A stretch of DNA of 64,000 bases from Amoebophrya sp. A120 (lineage: Eukaryota; Protista; Dinoflagellata). Under the pieces are notes generated by a model. It had not been told where the DNA came from and did no database searches. It was given only the letters and a program-made list of their open reading frames with translations. Within the stretch, counting starts at the first letter, position 1; every line of letters begins with the position of its first letter. Shown one piece after another: positions 36,902 to 47,400 of this stretch. The stretch lies in assembly GCA_905178155.1 (NCBI GenBank), contig CAJINV010000001.1, positions 3,921,706 to 3,985,705 on the forward strand. The letters are read 5' to 3'. Both the position numbers and the translations under genes were made by a program.

Positions 36902-39229
36902 ATGAGGACAACCGATGTTGTTCGCCCCAGAATGAGGGAGGTGTCCCACCATAACGAGCACAGGAGGTCACCAGGACACCAACACTCCCAGCTGCTCCAA
37001 GGCGGTTCTACTTCGGGCACAAGAAGCTCATCCTCGCACCATAACCGTAGTACACCTACACACGAGCAGCATTATGAAGTAGAGCAGGATTACGGGGTGT
37101 CATCTGAGGACGAACATGACCTACATCAAGCCTCTTCTCCTGGCGGAAAGCGCGCTATCGGCAGTAGCAGCTGCCAATTCTGGAGTTTTAACGCCTGGAA
37201 GTCGTTTATCGACCTGTCGCGGAAGGAACGGCGGCTCCGGGAACAGCTGCAAAATGTCAAGCGAGATCTCGGCAAGCTCACGGAAGTCGCTGGTGCCAGC
37301 GGGATTGGCGGTGACGGCGATGCTGCGCTGGAAGCTATAGGGAGAAGCGGTTCATCTTGCAGTGAGAGCGGAGCTGCAACAGCAAGTGCAGGTGGAGCGG
37401 AATTATCTGGTGCAGCGACGACGTCTTCGCAACTGCCAAACCAGGTGGACGTCGTCCCGCGTGCCGAACTGGAGGCGCTGCAGAAGCGCTGCGCGGAGCT
37501 GGAGCAGGAGAACCAGCAAGCCGAGCAGGGCCTTGACCGGGCGCTGCAGACACTCCACGTGATGCGCGACATGAAGGATCGCGTGCTCAGAGACATGGAG
37601 AACGCCCGCCGAAGCTTGGTGGAGAACGCCAATGTGTTCTGCTTCCACAGCAGTAATCACGAGCCTTACCTGGATCAAGAACGGATTGCGGAAGTAGTCG
37701 CCGATATGCAAGACAAAATGCGCGTTGCTGCTTGTGAACACCACGACAGTTGTACCGGTTCGATATCGAGTTCGAGAGCTCCCTTTCACGAAAAGATTCA
37801 GGATTTCAGCGGGTACGCGATTCCGCGTGTGGACATCCGGAAAATTTCCCATCTCCAATTTCTCAAAGATTTCGTCGCCCGCAACCGACCCTGCATCTTC
37901 ACACATTGCGACGCGAAGTTCAGAGGACCAGCGGAGCAAGACGAGGGCGCTCCTCCTGCAGCTGCTTTCGGTGCATTTTCCTCGCTTGCCGCGCTTCGCG
38001 CTGCGATTGGCAGCAAGCGAAAAGTGCGATGCAACGTAACACCCGATGGATACGGGGATGCGGTGCTTACTGTGCCAGTCTACGGGGACGATGGGCAGGA
38101 TTTCAAGCGCCGCGTGGAGCTCTTCGTAAAGCCTTTCGAGACGGAGATGCCCTTCGGAGATTTCTGCGACAACCTACAGGAGCACGACGCTGCTGAAGAT
38201 GCGAAAGCTGCGGCCGCTTTTTTAGAAACGACGGATCATGAAGCTAGTAGCGCAGGAGGTGTGCTGCGAGGGCCGGCTGCTGCTGCTGCCGACAACCCAA
38301 GAAGGAAGTTTGTGCCCTACATGTCCATGCAGGATGATTGCCTGCGTCAGGAGAGCGCGTTTCAGGGAAACGACGCGGCGACGTCTTCCACCAAGGAAGA
38401 AGGGGTTGCGGCACCCACTACATCTATTTCAACTACAAAATGCACTGACCCACCATCAACATCATCACCATCTCTGTATCGCCAATTCGAGCAGTTTTTT
38501 CAATCTTACACGGAAGATTCGGTCTTCGATGCGGATTCCCTGGAGGCTTTGAACCTGTGGGTAGGCGATGACCGCAGCGTGAGTAGCTTTCACAAGGACA
38601 ACTACGAAAATCTCTACCTGGTTACGTCCGGTCGAAAAGTGTTCTGGCTTGCGCCACCCTCGAGCGTCAGCTTTCTGCACTTCATGAAATACCAGGTGGC
38701 GTCTTACCGGTGTAAAGAGACAAGCGTACAAAGCGGTGCAGAGACCCCTGCTGCAGAGAAGGACACGACCGTGACCGAGTGTCAACAAGACCAAGACGCC
38801 TCGTCCGTCTCAAAGATGACCGCCCAGACTGAACCGACGTACTCGTGGAGCATTCAATTGGAGGAGCACCGACAGCAGGAGGCGCAGCAGATTGCAGCCT
38901 CTGCATCAGCCGCCGGTGAGTCCAATCTTCCCAAACCCCCAACGTCCGTTCCCTGGTGCCCGATCGACGTGCGGCAGTCGTACGGCGAGATCGTGAAGAA
39001 GCACCCGCGCTTCGGGCACGCCGCCTGCAAACAGATTTTTCTGGACGCGGGGGAGATGCTGTATCTACCAAGACTCTGGTACCACGCGGCCACGCAGGAG
39101 GGCCCGACGATAGCCGTGAACGCGTGGTACGACATGTGCTACGACCACTTGTACTGCCACCACACCTACTTCCTGGACGAGGGAAGGTCAACCCAACCTC
39201 CTTCGTCGGCCAGTAGCGCCGCGTCGTGA
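36902..39229 (+). CDS. JMJD7: JmjC domain (cupin-like) hydroxylase, JMJD7-like, with N-terminal coiled-coil extension
   Basis: FVARNRPCIF, VTPDGYGDAV, NLWVGDDRSVSSFHKDNYENLY (HxD), AGEMLYLPRLWYH, IAVNAWYDM. Confidence 0.88.
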   Translation: MRTTDVVRPRMREVSHHNEHRRSPGHQHSQLLQGGSTSGTRSSSSHHNRSTPTHEQHYEVEQDYGVSSEDEHDLHQASSPGGKRAIGSSSCQFWSFNAWKSFIDLSRKERRLREQLQNVKRDLGKLTEVAGASGIGGDGDAALEAIGRSGSSCSESGAATASAGGAELSGAATTSSQLPNQVDVVPRAELEALQKRCAELEQENQQAEQGLDRALQTLHVMRDMKDRVLRDMENARRSLVENANVFCFHSSNHEPYLDQERIAEVVADMQDKMRVAACEHHDSCTGSISSSRAPFHEKIQDFSGYAIPRVDIRKISHLQFLKDFVARNRPCIFTHCDAKFRGPAEQDEGAPPAAAFGAFSSLAALRAAIGSKRKVRCNVTPDGYGDAVLTVPVYGDDGQDFKRRVELFVKPFETEMPFGDFCDNLQEHDAAEDAKAAAAFLETTDHEASSAGGVLRGPAAAAADNPRRKFVPYMSMQDDCLRQESAFQGNDAATSSTKEEGVAAPTTSISTTKCTDPPSTSSPSLYRQFEQFFQSYTEDSVFDADSLEALNLWVGDDRSVSSFHKDNYENLYLVTSGRKVFWLAPPSSVSFLHFMKYQVASYRCKETSVQSGAETPAAEKDTTVTECQQDQDASSVSKMTAQTEPTYSWSIQLEEHRQQEAQQIAASASAAGESNLPKPPTSVPWCPIDVRQSYGEIVKKHPRFGHAACKQIFLDAGEMLYLPRLWYHAATQEGPTIAVNAWYDMCYDHLYCHHTYFLDEGRSTQPPSSASSAAS

Positions 39230-39870
39230 AGGAGATTTCGATCCGGAACTACGACACAGCGAGATCATACGCTCATGCTATCAGTATCACGAGTACGAGC
39301 GCGACGATGTTGAAAACGAAGATTGAAAACGAAATAACGGAATAAAAGCTTTGTAAAGCCACTTCTATGTGTACGATGGACGATGCTATTTGTCTTTCGT
39401 ACGAATTGGAACAACAACAATTATCTTACCCATGAGCTGCAAACTGCAGTTGTAGATGATGCGACGGAGCACAGGTTGCTTCTTCTGGTGTTTCTGTTGC
39501 AGCAGCAGCAATGTCAAACGGGCCAGACGTGTGTTGATGTATGCCAGTGGGAACTGGAACGAGAACGAGTTTCTCCATGTCGAATCTCATTCTCTACTGT
39601 TGTCCCATTTCGTCCTTCTTTAGTGGTGTGAGGGTTGCTGCATGTTGCCAGGGAAGACGAGCGCAAGAAACGCCTTGGATCAACAGGCTTAGGCCATACA
39701 ACTAGCAGGATCAACATCTTCCAAGAAGATCAACACACACAACTCGTCAGCACCATCATCTGGATCACGGAGCTTCTTCTGTGCGAAAAAGATGAAGATC
39801 CTCACCCTGCTGGTTCTTCTTGAGGTCGAGTGGTGGGGGGTGGGGGACGACACAAGTGAGTTGTGGTGGG

Positions 39871-40742
39871 CGTGGAGGTACTTATGACTATGAGCGAACG
39901 GCATAATCACGAGCGCTTAATACACTACGGTAGCGAAATCTGTCCACATTACCCCGGATTTCCACAAAGAGAAAAAATTTTCGCGTACTGGCGCAACTTC
40001 GCGATAACCTGCTCCGCAACCTGCCCGGACGGCATCCGCCCGCGGCCCTCCTAGGAGGATCGTCCGCGAGGTTCATGCGAAAGCTCAGAAGTTAGCTAGC
40101 TAGTGGCGCACAAACACTACAGCGCTATTTTTTGAGACGTGCGCCCGCGCTCATGTTTGTAGCCCTTTCGGCCTTTGCCGCGTTTGAGGTGCGGCGGCGA
40201 AGCTCCGCTGCATTGCGTGGACATACTTAATCCCGGGAGCGGCATTGGAAAAAGCCCTGCTGTGCTGCTGTCCCATGGGTCGGGCGCATCCACAGGCCCA
40301 GCAACCAAACCAACAAGAGCAACATCATCAGCCACCTGCGCAGGGCAACCCGAAAGAAACGGGGGGGCGCCTTCAATAGTGGCAACACCCATGAGCATTG
40401 GGTGGCCGCTTGCAAGCGGGTCGCCGCTCAGATCGTATTCGGGACCCTACATTCCCGGCAGATGGATGTCATCCCCGAAACCGGCAAGAGCCTTGCCGAA
40501 GCGCCCGCAAAAGGTAAGCCGCCAGGCCCTAGCGATTTGCCCAAAACAATCCCGCGCCAAGGGCTTTCCGGCGCTCCGCTTTTTCAGGCGCCCGACTGCC
40601 GCCGCCCGCCGCACAGGGCCCACAGGCACGGCGGCGGGGGCGCGCCGCCATTCGCGACGGCCGGTCGGTTCATGGGGCTGCGCGAATCGTGGAGGTACTT
40701 ATCACTATGAGCGAATGCGAACGGTATAATCACGAGCACTTA
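39871..40742. repeat. ~50-bp imperfect direct repeats flanking a GC-rich, hairpin-rich segment
   Basis: CGTGGAGGTACTTATGACTATGAGCGAACGGCATAATCACGAGCGCTTA at 39871 and CGTGGAGGTACTTATCACTATGAGCGAATGCGAACGGTATAATCACGAGCACTTA at 40688. Confidence 0.8.
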
Positions 40743-41405
40743 CACATTTCTTTGGTTTGGGTCCAATAATGAAGCGTAGCACTAGCGCTGTGTGTTGAGA
40801 GAGGGCGTGAGAGACTCATGCACCGCCGGTGAATAAAAGACTACGCGCACGAGACTGAGTGTTTTGGGATCAATGACCTAATAAAGCACCACCCGCGCGA
40901 GCATCACGATTGCGATTCATTGGCTTTGGTGCCGCTCGAAGCGTAAGTAACGAAGAAGCGACTCGATCAGAAAAAATATGGCGGGGACCTAGTGGTCGTT
41001 GGTGATTGATGCCTGAACGCAAACAACCAGGAGCGCAAGAAGATAACTAAGTACAAGTAGGCTGCACCTGCTACTACAAAAAGCAAAAGTAAAAAACGAG
41101 TTCCAACACGTCGTCTCGGCCAGCCGCGCGGAGGTGGTGGTAACCAGATCCATCTTTGGGTATTCCTTGTGCGTTGCAGCATTGTGATGAGATGACAAGC
41201 TCTAGCAGCTCCTCCTCTTCGAGCAGAAAGCGAACTGGAGAAGGCGATCAATACTTCGCGAGCTTCGACGTCTGCGGTGCGCCAGAAATAAACAGGAAGG
41301 TGGTGACATCGAGGATCGAGAGCCGACTAGAGGACGCAGACATAATTTCCACTTCCACGACTTGCACTTGTGCGCGTGCGCCCAAGAAGGAGCCTACCAC
41401 CGATC

Positions 41406-44400
41406 ATGGTGCTCTCCCCCGAAGAGCGCGACTGGCAGGACCAGACCTGCGAGCGGTCGTTCGGCTGCCTTTCGGTGACCAACCCGCTCCGCCGGTCCTG
41501 CTGGTTGTGCGCGCAGAGCCCGAACTTCGAGCGGCTCGTGCTCTTTTTCATCCTGGCGAATGCGGTTTGCATGGCACTCATCGACTACCGCAACCCGGAC
41601 TCCGAGCGCACGACCTTTATCGAAAACTTGGAGACGGTAAGTAGAGCATCAAAATGGTGAAAGATCCTTTACTGTTTTTTTTGAAGTAGCTCTCCCTACT
41701 GGTTGTAGTTTCTCCTCTTTACTTGATGCAAACCAATACAGTTCTTGTATCCACATGGACAAGAACGGACCGTTCCGCAACAAACCCAAAAGGTGTTCTT
41801 GATTGTGTTCTCCCTGGAAATGCTAGTGAAGATGACGGCGTTCGGCATTGCCACTGGGGAAACCGCGTATCTCCGCGACCCGTGGTGCTGGCTCGACTTC
41901 GTGGTGGTCATCACGGGCCTGATATCCTTCTCTCTCGAAGCCGCCGGGCAAACCGACAACCAAGAGTCCGCAGGGCTCAGCGTATTGCGGGTCTTAAGGG
42001 TCTTGCGGCCCTTGCGGTCCGTTTCGCGACTGCCCGGTCTGCGGAAAATCATCCGCACTTTCTTCCTGTCCGTTTCCCGCCTCGTCAATGTGGCTGCGAT
42101 GTTTCTGTTTCTCATCGTGGTGTTCGGCATACTCGGGATAAACTTTCTGGGCGGGGTTCTCCACCGCTTCTGCCGCTTCACGCCCGAGCCGCTGATCTTC
42201 TACGATAGCACTGGCTTGGGGAATGCAGGAACGGGGTTGCTGACTTGGCTGACTTCCGAGCCACACGCGATCGACATCGCGACGCAAGCAACCTTTCCGG
42301 CCGTGTTGCTGCAAACAAACCCTTTCACCAATACAACGCAACTCACCGACGCTGCGAAAACCGCCAACCTCATCGACCGGTTTTGCGGTCCCGGGACCAT
42401 TTGCCAAAAGAAACTGCAAAGCACGCACAAATTCTTCCTCGTCTGGCCGATCGACAACAGCGACCGGTCCGAGGAGTCTCTGCACGGGCTGCGCGGGAAC
42501 AACTTCGGCTTCGCGACGGAGCCCCAGCCCTACGGCACCCCCCTGCTGATGGAGACCGCCCGCGGCTGCGGCGGCCGCGAGTGCCCGCTGATCCGCGAAA
42601 AGCAGGCCTCCTTCGGGGTCCCGAAGAAACGCCCGCGGGTCGGCCAACAGGGAGGTGCCACCACGGAGAACAACAACACGGTCGACGTAAACGCGACCCA
42701 GGTGGCCAACGCGCTGGTGGATCTCTTCGCCCTGCAAAACCCGCAGGGCGAGACCTTCTGCGGCAACGTTTTGTACGAAGACGACTCCTACGGCATCATG
42801 AAGGCGGGAGAAAGATTGCCGCTGTTCTGGGAAAAGCTGAACCAGGATCCGATGTTCCACGGTGCGATGGCAAATGACGAATTAACGGAGAGCACTCTGC
42901 TTGGTAGTTCATCTTCGGATAGCTCCAACGGGAAGAATAAAAAATTCCCCACCGAGCACGTGTACATCCACGACATGATCTCTCTATCCCGCTCTGAGGA
43001 CTTCAACTGGGGCCTGACCGGCTTCGACAACTTCCCTGTCGCGGCACTGACACTGTTCCAGACCGTCACGCTGAGTGCCTGGGTGGATCTGATGTATTTA
43101 TTCGAAGACTCGCACGATGTGACCTTCGCGCGGTGCTTCTTCTCGCTGATGATTCTGCTCGGGACATTTTTCGTTTTGAACGTCACCCTGGCCGTCGTCT
43201 GCGACGCCTTCAATGATCCGGTGAACCAGAACGCGTCCAAGGCACAGACCAGACAAGCGCGCGGCGAAGCCTCTCCCGTCGTCTCGTCCGGATTGGTCGG
43301 CGGGGTCGCCGCGCCCTCGGCGTCGCAACTGTTCGCCGCGCAGCAATCGGCCTTGAATCTGCGGTCGGGGTCGAAGGATACCACCCAGTCGAATTCCACG
43401 TCCTCCTCTAGCGGGGCTTCCTCGGACAACTCCGTTCTGGTCGTGGACACGGGGGACATCGTCATTGACCAATCGCGCGACGTCGGTGAGGTGGTGGACG
43501 CGGAGGAGCGGGACCAGCAGAGGATGAATTTGGTAGTCTCCGCGTTCAGCACAATTTCATTAGGTGCGTTTTTAGGGACGGGCAAATTGGATAAAAATGG
43601 AATGACGGAATTGACTTCCTCGGAGAAAATGAACAAGTTCCGGCAGAGGAAATCAATTTTCAACCTCGAAGAAGGTGAAGGCAGTGCCTCGAGCAACGCG
43701 TCCTCCACCGGCTTGCAGATCGAAACCAGCACGCGCGTATCAAATGCAAAAATGTCTGGGTCTGGAAGAATGCAGACTTGTCATGCATATTTTCCATGCC
43801 CCATGAGGTCTGGAATGCGGGACCTAGCGCGACAGATAGATACTGCGAAGTCTCTATCATGCCTACCCGGCATGAGAAACTCGCGCTCATGTTGGTTAAA
43901 AAAGGACAACTTTTGGTGAACACGCAACACGGATTGAGATTCTTGTGTGGCCCACAGGACGCATCACAAGTTCCATCCTCCCAGACCCAGACATTTTTGC
44001 ATTTGATAGCGCGTGACCGACGAGTCCGGCGGGAAGGCGACGCCGTTCGGCGCGATTTACGCGTCTACAACAGGCGCGACGCCGCCGGGGAACTTGGGAT
44101 TTGCAGTGGAGAGCGGTGCTGCTCCTGCAACTGGCAGTGCTCGCCCGTCGTCAGGTGGGCTTTTGTCGGAGGAGGCGTTGCACCTAGGGATCACGCAACT
44201 TCAATTGCAAAGAAGGCAGCGGAAGATGGAGCGGCAGATGCGGAGGGAAGGATCTAGCATGTCGACGTTCAACGCAATAAACTACCACGAGGACACGCAG
44301 GCCGTGCACAGCATTGACGACGCAGTTGTGGCACAGGATCTTCGGAGAAGCGGTTCAATCTTCGAAGGCGGAATTATTGCGAGATTGACCGACTGCGGCC

Positions 44401-47400
44401 TCGGAGGAGGTTCAACGTCGCCGGTGGACGACGAGCTTGGGAGGAAGGGCGGGGATAAGATCGAAATGGCGACCGAGCGAGACCCTATCATGGAATACAC
44501 ACCGCATGCGGGAGGAGGAACAGCGGAACGAGTAGGGTTCGCCAGAAATGTCGAGCCAGAACTCTACGCCTTCCTGACATCGAAAAGCGAGGCCGACGAT
44601 GTGGTAACACCAGCGGCGGGCAGTCCGGCCGAGGGCGAGCTGGAAGATCTGCAATCCGGCAGCGCCGGTGAGCACGACGGAACAATGGAAAATAGAGCCT
44701 TCTCCGTAAACGTGCATGTGTACGAGGAGGGCGAAGCCGGTGAAGGTGACCCGGATGACTCGGGCACGGAGGTGCAGTCCTCCCTGCCGAGCAAGTCTTC
44801 CTCTAGTCACTGGGAGGAGCTCCACGAACTCCGCGCACTGTCGAAAACGAAGGACTTGACGAAAAGCAGCGGTGCGGAAGGCGAACAAAGTGATCAGAAA
44901 GCAGGAGAATCGGGGCAAGAGACTGGCACCGACTCGGAGAACAACCAGCGACCGCGGCCGGGCGAGCTGAACGTTTACGGGCGAATTTTGCAGGATCCCC
45001 GCGTGCACGATCCCCGGTCACATTTCTACGGCATGGATGTGACGAGGATCAAGTACAACGCATTTGGCCGCCCACTGCGGTGGCAGTCGGAGGAGCTGGA
45101 GGCGCAGCACCGGCAAAAGCTGTTTCGAGCCAGCGCGGGACTCGGGAACAAAAGCAAGTTCTTTCTTGCACAGCAGGAGTCCATTTACGCACAAACCTCT
45201 TCCACCGCGTTGGATGCACACGAGAAGAGTCTGCGGAGACGGGTGTCGCGGATCTCCAGCATGACGAAAACCCAGATCGCGCTGAAATCCCGTTCCGCGG
45301 TCGACCTGATAAAGGACCGGTCCATCAAAGTGCACAAGCACGTGAGTCGGAAGCGTAAGATGTCCCGCGCGGCGCAGTTCGCCGCCGCCCGGTTGATGCT
45401 GACGATGGGCGACAACAAGCAGAAGAACAAGTCGAAGGTCAGCGCACAGGGCCAGTGGCTGCGCGCGCGGGCGTTTAAGTTCGTGGAAACAACGCGGTTT
45501 CAGAACACGGTGATGTTCTTCATTGTCTTGAACGCATTCATCCTTTCCCTTGACAAGTTCCCGCCACACCAGAAGAATGTCCGAGATGTCTTTTTCGTGC
45601 TAAATCTGGTCTGCTACGCCGTGTTCCTCATCGAGGCCTTTCTGATGCACTTGGCACTGGGGTTTCAGATGTACTGGTTAAAATTAGGGACCGCGTTCGA
45701 CGGCGCGATCGTCGTCGTATCGACGTTAGAGCTCGTTTTCAAAGGCGACGACGCGGCTGGATCCTCCTTGACCGCGTTCCGCGCTCTCCGGATCCTGAAG
45801 CTCGCGAGGTCGTGGCGGTCCTTCCGGCTGCTGCTGAAATCCGTCCTGGGGACCCTGACCCAGATCGGCAACTTCGTGCTGCTTTTGCTCGTCGTCATCT
45901 ACATTTTCGCGTTACTAGGTCAGTCGTTTTTCGCCACGCACATGATGTTTGACCCGATGTACGGCACTTTTTTGGGCGAATGCGCCCCCATTTCGCAGCT
46001 GAAGAAAAACGCCGAGTGGTGCTACCAGCAGTGCCACATGCACGACGCGCTGCAGCAGAAACCCGCAGCGGCGCTCTCCCAAGCGACGGACGCGAGCGGC
46101 GTTGTGGTCCGGAATTTGAACAAGTGCCTGCCACGCTGGCACTTCGACGACTTCCTCTGGAGCTGCTTGACGGTGTTTCAGCTGCTCAGCGGAGACGCGT
46201 GGCACGAGATTATGTACGACGGGATCAAAGCGCGGGGGTACGGGTACGGTCTGTACTTCATTGTTGTGCTCACCGGCGGGGTGTTCGTCGTGCTAAACGT
46301 CTTCCTGGCGATCTTGATTGGCAACTTCGGTGAGCAGCAGGAGCGGGAGCAGGCCAAGCGGGAGAGGAAGTTGTTTGTCCAGCGGCGCAGCAAGGCGGTG
46401 CGAGATCTGGACGCGATTGGGAAAGAAAAGGACCGCGAGGGCGACGCTTTTATCGTCCGTTGCGCCTACGGGGTACGGGACTTGATGGTCGAGACGTTTT
46501 GCGCCGCCCCTCCGCCGTTGAAGGACCAGAATGCGGAAGCGGAAAATAAATCACGAGACAATCCAGCTGCGCTGGAAGATAGGGAGGACGAAGACGAGGA
46601 TGAGCACAGCACGCCACAACAGCACGACAGACTGCCATCGCATTTGCTGAAGAAGCCTTCGCAGCCCCACCCGCTGGACGTGATTCTCGAGTCGCCCCGT
46701 CGGAGTGCGAGTGCTGAAGATCTTGCGCAAAGCCCGAGAGGTGGAAGTAGAAGTGGCTCGAAAGAAAGGCAACAATCGAGCTTTTTCGAGGCACAGCACA
46801 CACTCGTCGACGAAGGAGCTGGGACGGGTGGAGACGGGGCTGCAGCTTCTGGTGGTAGTAACGTCCCTGCCGGACCGACTGCCATGTACCGGCCCTCGCG
46901 ACGGATAAAATTGGTTTCCGACACTGGGGAAGCGATCCCCATTTCCAGTGACGAGTCCGGTGTCTACGCCGTGCGCGAACAACTTTCAAAAGAGTGGGAC
47001 GATCAGCAGCAGGGTCCGACGAATCACACTGGCAAAAATGCAACCACTTCATCAGGACCAGGAGCGAATAAAACTGGAGCAGGGGCAGCTGACACTGCCA
47101 CGACCGGCGCCACGTTCCTCGCTGGGACTACGAACCTCTACATGCTCAGCCCGAGAAACAGCGACAAGAACCTCCAGACGGACCCCACAAAAGTTTCCTC
47201 CACCCTCCCATCGGTTATCGCCGAGCAGGTGAGAGGGTTCTGCGGTTTTTTCCAGAGCATTTCCTCCTCTTGCTGCGCCGGTTGCTGCCAGTTGATCGGC
47301 GGAGACAAGGCCAGCATCTCTTTCCGAGAGTTCATGACACTGACCATCCTCCACCCGTATTTTGAACGGGTCATCTCGTGCTGTATCGTCATTTCCGCGC

